From Janthinobacterium sp. (GTDB lineage Bacteria > Pseudomonadota > Gammaproteobacteria > Burkholderiales > Burkholderiaceae_D): a DNA stretch of 51,516 nt. The translations under genes and the position numbers were made by a program. Within the stretch, counting starts at the first letter, position 1; the number at the start of each line of letters is the position of its first letter. This document shows positions 18,326 to 30,424 of the stretch, one piece after another. The notes beneath the pieces were generated by a model, which saw only the letters and a program-made list of their open reading frames with translations, was not told where the DNA came from and made no database searches. The stretch covers positions 1-51,516 of the forward strand of contig JAYVUV010000436.1 in assembly GCA_043787615.1 (NCBI GenBank), read 5' to 3'.

Positions 18326-19918
18326 ATGTTAGATGCGACGCTCAAAACCCAGTTGAAAGCCTATTTGGAAAAGGTGGTGCAGCCGATTGAGATCGTTGCC
18401 TCCCTCGATGACAGCGCCAAGTCGCGCGAAATGCAAGATCTGCTCCAGGATATCGTCCTGTTGAGCGACAAGATTTCGCTGGTTGAAAGAAGCGACGACG
18501 ACGAGCGCAAGCCCTCGTTCAGCATCAACCGTCCGGGCACCGGGATCGGCGTGCGTTTCGCCGGCATTCCGATGGGCCATGAATTCACTTCCCTGGTGCT
18601 GGCGCTGCTGCACGTGGGCGGCCACACCATCAAGCTCGACGAGGCGGTGATCGAACAGATCCGCGCGCTCGACGGCGACTACGAATTTGAAACCTTTATT
18701 TCGCTGAGCTGCCATAACTGCCCGGAAGTGGTGCAAGCCTTGAACACCATGTCGGTGATTAATCCGCGCATCCGGGTCACCACCATCGACGGCGGCGTGT
18801 TTCCGAAAGAAGTCGAGGCGCGCCAGATCATGGCGGTGCCGATGATGTTTTTGAACGGCGAGCATTTCGGCCAGGGCCGCAGCAATGTGGAAGAGATCTT
18901 GGCTAAGCTGGACAAGAACGCCGGCCAGCGTCAAGCCGCGCAACTGAGCCAAAAAGAAGTGTTCGACGTGCTGATCGTCGGCGGCGGTCCGGCCGGCGCG
19001 GCGGCCGCCATCTACGCGGCCCGCAAGGGCATCAAGACCGGGGTGCTGGCCGAGCGCTTCGGCGGCCAGGTGCTCGATACGCTGGCCATCGAGAATTTTG
19101 TCTCGGTCAAGGAAACCGACGGCCCCCATTTTGCTATCGCGCTGGAGCAGCACGTCAAGCAGTACGAGGTCGACATCATGAACACCCAGCGCGCCGCCAA
19201 GCTGGTGCCGGGCAAGCTGATCGAGGTGCACACCGCCGGCGGCGCGGTATTGAAGAGCAAGTCGGTGATCCTGGCCACGGGCGCGCGCTGGCGCGAGATC
19301 AATGTGCCGGGCGAGCAGCAATACCGCAACCACGGGGTGGCGTATTGCCCGCATTGCGACGGCCCCCTGTTCAAGGGCAAGCGGGTGGCGGTGATCGGCG
19401 GCGGCAATTCCGGGGTCGAGGCGGCGATCGACTTGGCCGGCTTGGTCAAGCACGTGACCCTGATCGAGTTCGGCGCCGAGCTGCGGGCCGACGCGGTGTT
19501 GCAACGCAAGTTGCGCAGCCTGGCCAACGTGAGCGTGATCGTCTCGGCCCAAACCACCGAGATTTACGGCGACGGCAAGATCGTCAACGCGCTCGCTTAT
19601 ACCGACCGCACCACGGGCGCGGCGTACCGGGTCGAGCTGGAAGGGGTGTTCGTGCAGATCGGGCTGGTGCCCAACACGGAGTGGCTCAAGGGCACGCTGG
19701 CCTTGTCGCGCCATGGCGAGATCGAGATCGACGCGCGCGGCCAAACCTCGATTCCCGGTGTGTTCGCGGCCGGCGACGTGACCACGGTGCCGTTCAAGCA
19801 AATCGTGATCGCGGTGGGCGAGGGCGCGAAGGCGGCCTTGTCGGCCTTCGATCACTTGATCCGTTCCGACGACCAAGTCGAGCTGGCGGCACCGCAACAG
19901 GTGGCGCTGGCCGCCTGA
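18326..19918 (+). CDS. ahpF: Alkyl hydroperoxide reductase subunit F
   Basis: CHNC, GGGPAG, YCPHCDG, GGGNSG; follows ahpC. Confidence 0.97.
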   Translation: MLDATLKTQLKAYLEKVVQPIEIVASLDDSAKSREMQDLLQDIVLLSDKISLVERSDDDERKPSFSINRPGTGIGVRFAGIPMGHEFTSLVLALLHVGGHTIKLDEAVIEQIRALDGDYEFETFISLSCHNCPEVVQALNTMSVINPRIRVTTIDGGVFPKEVEARQIMAVPMMFLNGEHFGQGRSNVEEILAKLDKNAGQRQAAQLSQKEVFDVLIVGGGPAGAAAAIYAARKGIKTGVLAERFGGQVLDTLAIENFVSVKETDGPHFAIALEQHVKQYEVDIMNTQRAAKLVPGKLIEVHTAGGAVLKSKSVILATGARWREINVPGEQQYRNHGVAYCPHCDGPLFKGKRVAVIGGGNSGVEAAIDLAGLVKHVTLIEFGAELRADAVLQRKLRSLANVSVIVSAQTTEIYGDGKIVNALAYTDRTTGAAYRVELEGVFVQIGLVPNTEWLKGTLALSRHGEIEIDARGQTSIPGVFAAGDVTTVPFKQIVIAVGEGAKAALSAFDHLIRSDDQVELAAPQQVALAA

Positions 19919-19937
19919 GCCAGACCGCGCCGGACAT

Positions 19938-19971
19938 GCCGGAGCCGTCGCAGGGCGGTTCCGGTTTTTTT
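19938..19971 (+). terminator. Intrinsic terminator of ahpCF
   Basis: GCCGGAGCCGTC-GCAG-GGCGGTTCCGGT hairpin followed by a T run. Confidence 0.8.
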
Positions 19972-20011
19972 ACGTGCGTGTTAAGCGATGCGGAACATGA
20001 GGCGGAAAAGA

Positions 20012-20039
20012 ATAAAGGCCCGACGAATCGGGCCTTTAT
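20012..20039 (-). terminator. Terminator hairpin downstream of the tRNA pair
   Basis: ATAAAGGCCCGA-CGAA-TCGGGCCTTTAT, a perfect 12-bp stem. Confidence 0.75.
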
Positions 20040-20045
20040 AGATGC

Positions 20046-20122
20046 TGGCGGAGTGGACGGGACTCGAACCCGCGACCCCCGACGTGACAGGCCGGTATTC
20101 TAACCAACTGAACTACCACTCC
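20046..20122 (-). tRNA. tRNA-Asp (GTC)
   Basis: GGAGTGGTAGTTCAGTTGGTTAGAATACCGGCCT-GTC-ACGTCGGGGGTCGCGGGTTCGAGTCCCGTCCACTCCGCCA cloverleaf with CCA end. Confidence 0.97.
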
Positions 20123-20176
20123 AAGCTTGCGTGATCTGTGTTGCGCGATCCATAAAGCATGAACGATTTTCTGAAC

Positions 20177-20252
20177 TGGTGGGTGCTGAGAGGCTCGAAC
20201 TCCCGACCTACGCCTTGTAAGGGCGCCGCTCTACCAACTGAGCTAAGCACCC
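20177..20252 (-). tRNA. tRNA-Val (TAC)
   Basis: GGGTGCTTAGCTCAGTTGGTAGAGCGGCGCCCT-TAC-AAGGCGTAGGTCGGGAGTTCGAGCCTCTCAGCACCCACCA. Confidence 0.97.
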
Positions 20253-20310
20253 GTTGTTGCCTACCTCAGAAAACCATCCGACGATTGTCACCTCGTCTGA
20301 AGAGGCCCGA

Positions 20311-20340
20311 ATTTTACAATGGCCTTCCCCGCTTGCGCAA
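20311..20340 (-). promoter_or_regulatory. Sigma70-like promoter of the tRNA-Val/Asp operon
   Basis: - strand TTGCGC-N18-TAAAAT followed by a GC-rich discriminator. Confidence 0.6.
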
Positions 20341-20368
20341 GGATTTTTTGATTGGCGGCGCGGTACGC

Positions 20369-22090
20369 TTAAAATTCTTCCCAACCGTCGCCATCGGCGC
20401 CGAGTTCGACCGGCTTGGCCTTGCTTGCGTTCGCGTCCGCGCTCGCGCCAGCGCGCGCCGCCAGGGCCGGCTTAGCGACGCTCGGTAGCGCGACGGGGCG
20501 GCGCGGCGCGGCCGGGGCCGGGGCCGGCGCGGCCGCTGGCGGCGGGCCGCCCAGCTTGAAGATGCTGACCGCCTGCATCAGCGCGACCGCCTGTTGCTGC
20601 ATGCTGGCCGCCGCCGCCGCGGCTTGCTCCACCAAGGCCGCGTTTTGTTGGGTGGTGTTGTCCATGGCCGAGATCGAGATATTGACTTGCTCGATGCCGG
20701 TGCTCTGCTCCAGGCTGGCGGCGGCGATGTCGCTCATGATCTCGGCCACTTGGCGCACCGAACCCATGATCTGTTCCATGGTCACCCCGGCCTCGTCGAC
20801 TAGCTTGCCGCCGGCGCCCACCTTGTCGACCGAATCGCCGATCAAGGCCTTGATTTCCTTGGCAGCGCCGGCCGAGCGCTGGGCCAGGTTGCGCACCTCC
20901 GAGGCCACCACCGCGAAGCCGCGGCCTTGTTCTCCGGCCCGGGCCGCCTCCACCGCCGCGTTCAATGCCAGAATATTGGTTTGGAAGGCGATGCCGTCGA
21001 TGACGCCGATGATGTCGGCGATCTTGCCCGAGCTTTCCTTGATCGAGCCCATGGTGCGCACCACTTGCCCGACCACCTGGCCGCCCTTGGCGGCGAATTC
21101 GGCGGCCGATACCACCAACGCGTTGGCGTGGCGCGCATGGTCGGCGTTCTGCTTCACGGTCGAGGTCAATTGTTCCATCGACGAGGCGGTTTCCTCCAGG
21201 CTGGCCGCTTGCTGCTCGGTGCGGGCCGACAAGTCTTGGTTGCCGGTGGCGATCTGGGCCGAGGCGGTGCCGATGGTTTCGGTGCTGCCGCGCACCACGC
21301 CGACGGTGCGGGTCAGGCTGGCCACCATGTCGCCCAGGGCGGCCAGCAGACGGCCGGCCTCGTCCTTGCGGGTGACCGCGGCGACGGCGCTCAGGTCGCC
21401 CTGCGCCACCCGCTCGGCCAGCGCCACCGCTTGGTGGATCGGGGCCGTCACCGAGCGCGTGATCAGATAGCCGGCCACGGCCGAGACGAGGGTGGCCGCG
21501 GCCAACAGGCCGAGCAGCAGCATGGTGGCGAAACCGGCCGATTCGACCACCGCGCGGCCGTCCGATTCCATCAAGGCCGACTGGAACTTGAGCATGTCCG
21601 CCAGGCGTTCCTGATACGCGTCCTGCACCGGGATGACTTGCTTGAACAGAAACGGCACCGCCTCGTCGCGCCGGCCCTGTTCGATCAGCTCGATCAGCGC
21701 GCCGCGGCGCTCGGCGTACTTGACCATGGCCTCGCTTTGTTCGCGGAACAGGGCCTTGCCCTTCTCCGTGTTGAGCAACTTCTCCATTCTGGCCGCGAGT
21801 TCGACCATGGCGGCGTCGAGCGCCATCACGTTGGCCAGCATAACTTTCGACTCGGCCGGATCGGGGCTGAGCATGGCGTTGCGCAACACTTGGGAGGCGC
21901 GGCTGGCGGTGCTGCGCAGTTCGCTGGTCATGGCCACTTTGCGGTAGCGGTCGGTCAATATCCTATCGGTCAAGGAACTGGTGCGGTCGATGCGGTCGAT
22001 ACCCACCAGCGACATGATCAGCATGATGGCGATGGTCAAGCCAAAGCCGATGGCCAGGCGCCCGGCGATTCTCAGGTTGGAAAAATTCAC
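20369..22090 (-). CDS. Methyl-accepting chemotaxis protein (4HB sensor, HAMP, C-terminal pentapeptide)
   Basis: Two TM helices, [31 protein letters not shown], terminal GWEEF; GTG start after a GAAGGAG RBS. Confidence 0.93.
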   Translation of the reverse strand: MNFSNLRIAGRLAIGFGLTIAIMLIMSLVGIDRIDRTSSLTDRILTDRYRKVAMTSELRSTASRASQVLRNAMLSPDPAESKVMLANVMALDAAMVELAARMEKLLNTEKGKALFREQSEAMVKYAERRGALIELIEQGRRDEAVPFLFKQVIPVQDAYQERLADMLKFQSALMESDGRAVVESAGFATMLLLGLLAAATLVSAVAGYLITRSVTAPIHQAVALAERVAQGDLSAVAAVTRKDEAGRLLAALGDMVASLTRTVGVVRGSTETIGTASAQIATGNQDLSARTEQQAASLEETASSMEQLTSTVKQNADHARHANALVVSAAEFAAKGGQVVGQVVRTMGSIKESSGKIADIIGVIDGIAFQTNILALNAAVEAARAGEQGRGFAVVASEVRNLAQRSAGAAKEIKALIGDSVDKVGAGGKLVDEAGVTMEQIMGSVRQVAEIMSDIAAASLEQSTGIEQVNISISAMDNTTQQNAALVEQAAAAAASMQQQAVALMQAVSIFKLGGPPPAAAPAPAPAAPRRPVALPSVAKPALAARAGASADANASKAKPVELGADGDGWEEF

Positions 22091-22133
22091 TGTTGACTCC
22101 TTCGATGAAAAACGATGGCCGCGTTCGTCGCAG

Positions 22134-23231
22134 TTAATACGTGTGCCGTATGCCGGCCGCGACACTGCCGCCATAGGCCCGGCGCCGGACTTGGTCGGCC
22201 ATGTAAATCAGGTACAAATCGGTGCGCTTGGACGCCTTGTAATCGTAGCCGAAGGACGCGCTTTGGCGCCGGGTGTCCAGCCCGCCCAGCAGACTGCCGG
22301 TGCGGCCCGTATTGGCGTAATGGAACAGCAGCGCGCCGGCGCCGGTCCCGAGCGGAATGTGCCAGCCGCCGGCCCAGGTGCGGTCGCGCAACACGGTGGC
22401 GGTCCCGGCCTCGTCCTCGGCCGCTTGCAGCGACGCATACAGTTTGATGGGGCCGAAGTCGTAGTTGCCGCCCACGAACAGCGCTTGGTTCATGGTCAGC
22501 GAGGCGTAGTTGACCGGCGTCTTGCCGGCGTCCATCAATACGCCACCCGGCAGCGGATTGCTGGCCCGTACCCGCTGCGCGAAGGCGGCCAGGGTCAACG
22601 GCCCGCTGCTGTAGAACAGGTTGGCGGCCACATTCTTGACGCCCGGATCGCCACTTTGCTCGCCCGGTTGGTAAAAGAAATTGGCGCGCCATCCGCCCGC
22701 CGTGGGGGTGCTGTACTGGATTTGATTGCTCCAGCCGCTGTCGCCGGCCAAGGCGCCGGTCCAGACGCGCGCGCCGGCCGGTCCCGAGGGCGAATAGGCA
22801 TGCGCGATCAAGGGCGAAAAAATGAAGGAGTTACCGAAGGGATTCGCTTGAATCAAGGGCAGGAAACTGGGCGCCGAGGCGCGTCCCAGCATCAGCTTGC
22901 CATACGGGCCGGACAGGCCGACATTGGCGTCGCGCGAGAACAGGGTGTCGCCGCTGAAACGGCCGGAGTTGCCGGTGTCGACCACAAAAAACCCGGTCAG
23001 CGCCATTTCCACCTTGAGTCCGTCGCCCAAGTCTTCCTTGCCTTTGAAACCGAACCAGGACGTGCTCAAGCCCCCGCTGCCGACCACCCGCCGGCTGGCG
23101 CTGTCGCCGCTGTATTTGAGCGAGCCGGCATAGGCATCGATGCCGCCCATGGCGGTGAACTGGGTTTGCGCGGTCGCCGTTCCCGCCGCCGCAACCGCAA
23201 TGATCGATATCAATATCTGTCGGTTTTTCAT
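22134..23231 (-). CDS. Gram-negative (betaproteobacterial) trimeric porin
   Basis: Signal peptide, [28 protein letters not shown], terminal GIRHTY. Confidence 0.9.
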   Translation of the reverse strand: MKNRQILISIIAVAAAGTATAQTQFTAMGGIDAYAGSLKYSGDSASRRVVGSGGLSTSWFGFKGKEDLGDGLKVEMALTGFFVVDTGNSGRFSGDTLFSRDANVGLSGPYGKLMLGRASAPSFLPLIQANPFGNSFIFSPLIAHAYSPSGPAGARVWTGALAGDSGWSNQIQYSTPTAGGWRANFFYQPGEQSGDPGVKNVAANLFYSSGPLTLAAFAQRVRASNPLPGGVLMDAGKTPVNYASLTMNQALFVGGNYDFGPIKLYASLQAAEDEAGTATVLRDRTWAGGWHIPLGTGAGALLFHYANTGRTGSLLGGLDTRRQSASFGYDYKASKRTDLYLIYMADQVRRRAYGGSVAAGIRHTY

Positions 23232-23432
23232 GGCGAGGACTCCCTATGAGTGTCAAATAGTACGCTGGAATGGTGGGGTCACGACACGTCTTCGTGTTTG
23301 TTGTTGTTAAAACCCAATAGGCAAGAAGGCAGCTTTCATTGAATGAAAAGAAGTGGCCGCGCGCGCAAGTCGTAAGGCAGGCCGCACGGCGCGCGTTGGC
23401 TTGGCTTGCGGCAAACCCGGATTCCACCCATA

Positions 23433-23448
23433 CTGTATGCATTTACAG
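23433..23448. promoter_or_regulatory. LexA (SOS) box upstream of dinB
   Basis: CTGT-ATGCATTT-ACAG inside TACTGT...ACAGTA. Confidence 0.9.
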
Positions 23449-23492
23449 TATGCATCCTGTCGCCGGGATGGCCAACGCGCGGTGACGCCAGA

Positions 23493-24578
23493 GTGAACGC
23501 CCCTGTCCGAAAAATTATTCATTGCGATTGCGACTGTTTTTACGCGGCGGTCGAGATGCGCGACAATCCGGCCCTGCGCGCCTTGCCGGTCGCGGTGGGC
23601 GGCCGGGCCGATCAGCGCGGCGTGATCGCGACCTGCAACTACGAGGCGCGCCGCTACGGCATCCACTCGGCCATGGCCACCGCCCAGGCCATGCAACGCT
23701 GTCCGGAGCTGGTGCTCCTGCCACCGGCGATGGAAAAATACCGCATCGCCTCGCGCCAGATTTTGGCCATTTACCGCGATTACACCGACCTGGTCGAGCC
23801 GCTGTCGCTGGACGAGGCTTATCTGGACGTGAGCGAGGCGTCCCATTGCAAGGGCAGCGCCACCCTGATCGCCCAGGAAATCCGCGCCCGCATCCTGGCC
23901 ACGGTGGGCATCACGGCGTCGGCCGGCGTGGCGCCGAACAAGTTTGTGGCCAAGATCGCCAGCGACTGGAACAAGCCGGACGGCTTGTTTTTGGTGCGGC
24001 CGGAACAGGTGGACGATTTTGTCGCCGCCTTGCCCGTCAAGAAATTGTTTGGCGTGGGAAAAGTGACCGCCGCCAAGCTGCACCGCCTGGGCGCGCAAAC
24101 CTGCGCCGACTTGCGCGGCTGGAGCCAGGCGGAACTCGAACACCATTTCGGACGCTTCGGCTTGCGGCTGCATCAATTGTGCCGTGGCATAGATACGCGC
24201 CCGGTGAGCAGTGTGCAAGAGCGCAAGTCGGTGAGCGTGGAAGCGACGTTCACGCCGGATGTGCCGGACTTGGCCGCGTGCTTGGCGCGCATGCCCGCCT
24301 TGCTGGAGGATTTGCACGCGCGCGTCAAGCGTGCCGGCGCCGAGCGCCAAGTCAATAAATTGTTTGTGAAGATAAAATTCGCCGATTTTCACCAGACCAC
24401 GGTTGAATGTGTCGCCAGCGCGCCTCGGCTGGCCTTGTTTGAAAAACTGTTGGAAACCGGTTTTCAACGGGGCATGCAAGCGGTTCGCTTGCTCGGTTGC
24501 GGCGTGCGCCTGGGGCAGGAGCAGGCGCGCGAGCAATTGTCGCTGTTCGAGCAAGGCGCCGACGAGGCGCCGGCTTAA
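23493..24578 (+). CDS. dinB: DNA polymerase IV
   Basis: [46 protein letters not shown]; GTG start chosen. Confidence 0.95.
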   Translation: MNAPVRKIIHCDCDCFYAAVEMRDNPALRALPVAVGGRADQRGVIATCNYEARRYGIHSAMATAQAMQRCPELVLLPPAMEKYRIASRQILAIYRDYTDLVEPLSLDEAYLDVSEASHCKGSATLIAQEIRARILATVGITASAGVAPNKFVAKIASDWNKPDGLFLVRPEQVDDFVAALPVKKLFGVGKVTAAKLHRLGAQTCADLRGWSQAELEHHFGRFGLRLHQLCRGIDTRPVSSVQERKSVSVEATFTPDVPDLAACLARMPALLEDLHARVKRAGAERQVNKLFVKIKFADFHQTTVECVASAPRLALFEKLLETGFQRGMQAVRLLGCGVRLGQEQAREQLSLFEQGADEAPA

Positions 24579-24717
24579 GTTTTGCACCACCCAGAGCGAC
24601 GCCGGCGAGCACGCTTGCTGCGCCCGCCCGCCCGCCGGCCGGACAGTGCGGCCGGGCGCGCGCGAGCGTGTAAAATGGCGTTCCCCAAGCATCACTGAAA
24701 CAACGGAAGACAAAATT

Positions 24718-25614
24718 ATGTGGTTCAAGAATCTTCAGATTTACCGCTTGCCCGCGCCTTGGGCATTTACCCCGGAACAGCTGGAAAAAGCGCTGACCCC
24801 GCATAGCTTCGTGCCCGCCACCAGCATGGATTTGCTGCGCCAGGGCTGGGATTCGCCGCGCGGCAATGGTTCGCTGGTGCACGTGGTCAACAAGCAAATG
24901 TTGATCTTGCTGGGTACCGAAAAGAAATTGTTGCCCGCCACCGTCATCAACCAAGTGGCCAAGGCCCGCGCCGCCGAAATGGAAGAGGCGCAAGGTTTCG
25001 CGCCGGGCAAAAAAGCCATGAAGGAATTGAAGGAGCGGGTGGCGGACGAATTGCTGCCGCGCGCCTTCAGCATCCGCAGCAATGTCTGGACCTGGATCGA
25101 CCCGGTCAACGGTTGGTTGGTGATCGACGCCGCCAGCCCGGGGAAGGCGGACGAAGTGATCAAGTTACTGTTGAAAGCCGTCGACAAGCTGCCCCTGGAA
25201 AGCCTGCGGGTGCAGCGCTCGCCGGTCGCCGTGATGACGGAATGGCTGCAGGCCGATGACGCGCCCAGCGGTTTCACGGTCGACATGGACACTGAATTGC
25301 GCGCCACCGGCGAAAGCAAGGCGACGGTGCGCTATGTGCGCCATACGCTGGAAGCGGACGATGTGCGGCGCCATATCGCGGCCGGCAAACAGTGCACGCG
25401 CTTGGCGATGACGTGGAACGACCGCATTTCCTTCGTGTTGACCGAATCCTTGGCGATCAAGAGCATCAAACCGCTTGACGTGATCAAGGAAACCGAGTCC
25501 AGCACCAAGAACGATGATGAGCGTTTCGACGGCGATATGATGTTGATGACCGGAGAACTGAGCAAATTGATGGTCGACGTGGTCGAGGCACTGGGCGGCG
25601 AGGCGAGCGCCTGA
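24718..25614 (+). CDS. rdgC: Recombination-associated protein RdgC
   Basis: [12 protein letters not shown]-terminus, [24 protein letters not shown]. Confidence 0.93.
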   Translation: MWFKNLQIYRLPAPWAFTPEQLEKALTPHSFVPATSMDLLRQGWDSPRGNGSLVHVVNKQMLILLGTEKKLLPATVINQVAKARAAEMEEAQGFAPGKKAMKELKERVADELLPRAFSIRSNVWTWIDPVNGWLVIDAASPGKADEVIKLLLKAVDKLPLESLRVQRSPVAVMTEWLQADDAPSGFTVDMDTELRATGESKATVRYVRHTLEADDVRRHIAAGKQCTRLAMTWNDRISFVLTESLAIKSIKPLDVIKETESSTKNDDERFDGDMMLMTGELSKLMVDVVEALGGEASA

Positions 25615-25641
25615 GTATTCGCGCCGACGGCTTCGGACCAC

Positions 25642-25667
25642 AAAATGCCCGCATCAGCGGGCATTTT
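25642..25667. terminator. Bidirectional intrinsic terminator
   Basis: AAAATGCCCGC-ATCA-GCGGGCATTTT between convergent genes. Confidence 0.8.
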
Positions 25668-25713
25668 CAATGATCCATCTTCTTCGCGCCAGGGCCGCGG
25701 CCGCCGGCTCGGT

Positions 25714-26199
25714 TCACAGGGCTTGAAACACGCCGGCGGCGCGGTTTTTTTGCACATTATCCCAAGTGAAAATTTTGCCGTTCATGGCCACATACACGCC
25801 GACCGGCAAGATTTGCGCCGCCGCGCAGGCGAAACCCAGATTGAATAAGGCATCCGAATTGGCGATTGCATAGGGAATCATGGCGCCGGTCAGTACCACC
25901 GTCCGGTCCAGCTTGGCCGCCCCCAGCACGGCGGCCGTCTCGGGCATGGTGTCGGTGCCGTGGACGATGACGATGGCGGTCTCGGCGGCCGAGCGGCAGG
26001 CGGCCAGCACCCGGTCGCGGTCGGCGTCGCCCATGTCGAGCGAGTCGAGCAGCGGCAACTGTTGCAGCACGGTGTCCACCGTCATCCGGCCGCGCGCGAG
26101 CGCTTCCGGCACATGGCTGGCGCCGAAGCCCAGCGAGCCGTTCAGTTCGTTGTAATGCTTGTCGAAAGTGCCGCCGGTGGCGAGGATGCGCAGTGTCAT
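25714..26199 (-). CDS. Short asparaginase-domain protein
   Basis: TGGT, HGTDT and TGAM motifs. Confidence 0.85.
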   Translation of the reverse strand: MTLRILATGGTFDKHYNELNGSLGFGASHVPEALARGRMTVDTVLQQLPLLDSLDMGDADRDRVLAACRSAAETAIVIVHGTDTMPETAAVLGAAKLDRTVVLTGAMIPYAIANSDALFNLGFACAAAQILPVGVYVAMNGKIFTWDNVQKNRAAGVFQAL

Positions 26200-26444
26200 G
26201 GTGTGACCGTGGTTCGGTGGTAAATGAGGCGCATCATAACGTGAAGCGGCGTGCCCGTGTGGCGGCGTCGGCCATCAAGTTTTTTGCCGTGCCGAGCCGC
26301 CTGCGCGGCCGGCCGCTGAGGTACACTAAGCGCTTGCCGGTCGCGGGATCGCCGGCGACCGGCGCCCCCGGCGGCGGCCGGGCCGGCTTGGCGCGATCCC
26401 CCATCGACTCGCACGGGCATTCTTGATCGGCTATTGGTTAATGT

Positions 26445-27200
26445 ATGAAAGCGCTCGCTCCCGGTACCGTTATTTTTCATCGCCATCGCGGTTATGGCGT
26501 CATCACTTCCGTTAATTTGCTGACCGGCTGGATCGCGGCCCGTTTCGGCGCCGAGGCACGCACCCTCGACTTGAATTTGTCGACCGACGACGTGCAGTTC
26601 GCCGACGGCGAAGCGATTTTGTTCCGCCGCGCGCCGCCCGACCGCATGCCGCACGCGCGCCTGATGGCGATGGTGCGCGCGCTGCACCGGGCCGGCTATC
26701 AGCGCCTGTATCTTTATTCCTGGCCGAAACCTTCCGGCTTGCACTGGCGTTGGCATTTGTTCACCGGTCCGCGCGACTGGATGCAGCGGCCGTGGCGCGA
26801 GGGCTGGTACGGCTCCGGCGCCGATTACAACGTCAACCCGGTCATGGGCTGGGGTGACACGCCCGGCGCCTCGACCGAGGAATTGATTCATGCGCTGGCC
26901 AAATTCGATCCCCAGGGCCTGGCCCGGGCGATCGGGCGCGACGAGGATCATAGCGCCTGGTTCGAGGGCGTGTGCGATGCCTTGTTGCCGGGGTATATGT
27001 ACAGCCTGGACATGCAGCGCCCGGCCGGCGGCCCCCTGAGCGACATGCCGCCGGTGCCCGTGATCGCGGTGCGCGCCGGCTTGCCCGTGTATACCGGCCC
27101 GGCCCTGAGCTGGCCGCCGGGCTGGGCCGGCTTGTGGACCCGCGCGCACGTGATGCCGGCCGCGCCCATCACGCTGGACGGGGTGCCGGTGTTGCGTTAG
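26445..27200 (+). CDS. Hypothetical protein with a possible N-terminal Tudor/SH3-like barrel
   Basis: 251-aa ORF with host-like codon use filling the gap. N-terminus PGTVIFHRHRGYGVI...ARFG; Trp/Gly-rich remainder. Confidence 0.7.
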   Translation: MKALAPGTVIFHRHRGYGVITSVNLLTGWIAARFGAEARTLDLNLSTDDVQFADGEAILFRRAPPDRMPHARLMAMVRALHRAGYQRLYLYSWPKPSGLHWRWHLFTGPRDWMQRPWREGWYGSGADYNVNPVMGWGDTPGASTEELIHALAKFDPQGLARAIGRDEDHSAWFEGVCDALLPGYMYSLDMQRPAGGPLSDMPPVPVIAVRAGLPVYTGPALSWPPGWAGLWTRAHVMPAAPITLDGVPVLR

Positions 27201-28213
27201 CCGGCCGCGCCCGGCCCGGGTTTGACGTGCTTTGTGTATTCCGGGTTGAGCAGCGTGGCGCACACGCCGTGGTCGAAGTCGACCAGATTTTGAAACGCGG
27301 CGCGGAAATACAGCTCGTAGCTATCTTGCTCGACATAACCGAGGTGGGGCGTGGCTAGCACGTTCGGCATGCGCAGCAGGGGTGCGTCCGGGGTCAGCGG
27401 TTCGTTCTCGAACACATCGAGCGCGGCGGCCCCCGGCCGGCCTTGTTCCAGGGCCGTTTCCAGCGCGCCCGCTTGCACCAGTTCGGCCCGGCTGGTATTG
27501 ACGAACAGGGCGCTTGTTTTCATGCGCGCCAGATCCTCGGCCGTGACCACGCCGCGGGTGGTCTGGTTCAAACGCAGATGGAGCGTGAGCACGTCGGCTT
27601 GCTCGAAAAAAGCGGCGCGCGACGGCGCCGCCTGATCGCCGGCGGCCACGGCCGCGTCGCGGCTGGCTTGGCTACCCCACACCAGGACCCGCATACCGAA
27701 GGCGCGCCCGTAGCCGGCGATCATTTGACCGATCTTGCCGTAACCCCAGATCGCCAGGGTGCGACCCTTGAGCGCGCTGCCCAGGGTGTTGCGCGATTGA
27801 TCGATCGAGGCCGTCTGCCACAAGCCATCCTTCAGATTGTTCGCATACGGCACGATCTGGCGCCGCGCCGCCATGATCAAGGCCCAGGTCAGCTCGGCCG
27901 GGGCGGTCGGCGAACCGGTCCCTTCCGCGATCGCCACGCCCAGCTCCGTGGCGGCCGTCACATCGATATGGCCGCTCACTTTTCCGGTTTGCGAAATCAG
28001 TTTCAAATTCGGCAGTTTAGCCAGCAGCGCCCGGTTCAAGACGGTGCGCTCGCGTATCAGCACCAGCGCATCGTAGGGCGCCAGCCGGATCGCCAACTGG
28101 CCCACCCCGCGCGAGGAATTGGTGAACACTTTCACCTCGTGCCCGTCTAATAGGGAGAAGCAGGCCAGCGTACGCGCGCTGTCTTGGTAATCGTCAAGAA
28201 TGGCAATTTTCAT
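27197..28213 (-). CDS. D-2-hydroxyacid dehydrogenase family protein
   Basis: MKIAILDDYQ, GYGKIG, VNTSRA, ALDVFENEP, TPHLGY. Confidence 0.9.
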   Translation of the reverse strand: MKIAILDDYQDSARTLACFSLLDGHEVKVFTNSSRGVGQLAIRLAPYDALVLIRERTVLNRALLAKLPNLKLISQTGKVSGHIDVTAATELGVAIAEGTGSPTAPAELTWALIMAARRQIVPYANNLKDGLWQTASIDQSRNTLGSALKGRTLAIWGYGKIGQMIAGYGRAFGMRVLVWGSQASRDAAVAAGDQAAPSRAAFFEQADVLTLHLRLNQTTRGVVTAEDLARMKTSALFVNTSRAELVQAGALETALEQGRPGAAALDVFENEPLTPDAPLLRMPNVLATPHLGYVEQDSYELYFRAAFQNLVDFDHGVCATLLNPEYTKHVKPGPGAAG

Positions 28214-28504
28214 GGGTGGGGGCGGTTTGTCGGGTGGATTAAGTAGGGAAATAACGGGTTCGGACGGCGCCTGCATAGCTTACTACTTTAGTCGGGTATT
28301 CTTCCTACATTTTTGTCTGAAACGCATATTGGCAGGTGTACAATCGCCGACAATTTTAGAATTCTTCATCCGCATTCGCGGCATGGCGGCCCGCTCGCCG
28401 GCCGGATCGGGCGCCATCGACCGGGCGCCGCCGCGCCGCCATGGCCGGCGGGCCGGGCACCGACGACGCTCCTGAAAAGATTTCTTATTGGCATTGGAGG
28501 TAGT

Positions 28505-30370
<1,866 letters not shown>

Positions 30371-30379
30371 GCCGAAGCG

Positions 30380-30420
30380 CGGCGATAGCGCGGCGCGCTT
30401 GCCGCGCCGCGCTATCGCCG
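30380..30420. terminator. Perfect 18-bp inverted repeat between convergent pckG and uvrA
   Basis: CGGCGATAGCGCGGCGCG-CTTGC-CGCGCCGCGCTATCGCCG. No clean T-tail. Confidence 0.6.
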
Positions 30421-30424
30421 TGGC

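Noticed and set aside
20046-20252. tRNAs as a possible island integration site
   Set aside because: No integrase and no duplicated tRNA 3' end seen; the flanks are ordinary chromosomal genes.
30380-30420. 18-bp inverted repeat as a REP or MITE
   Set aside because: No second copy seen in the window; its position between convergent genes fits a terminator or stabilising hairpin.
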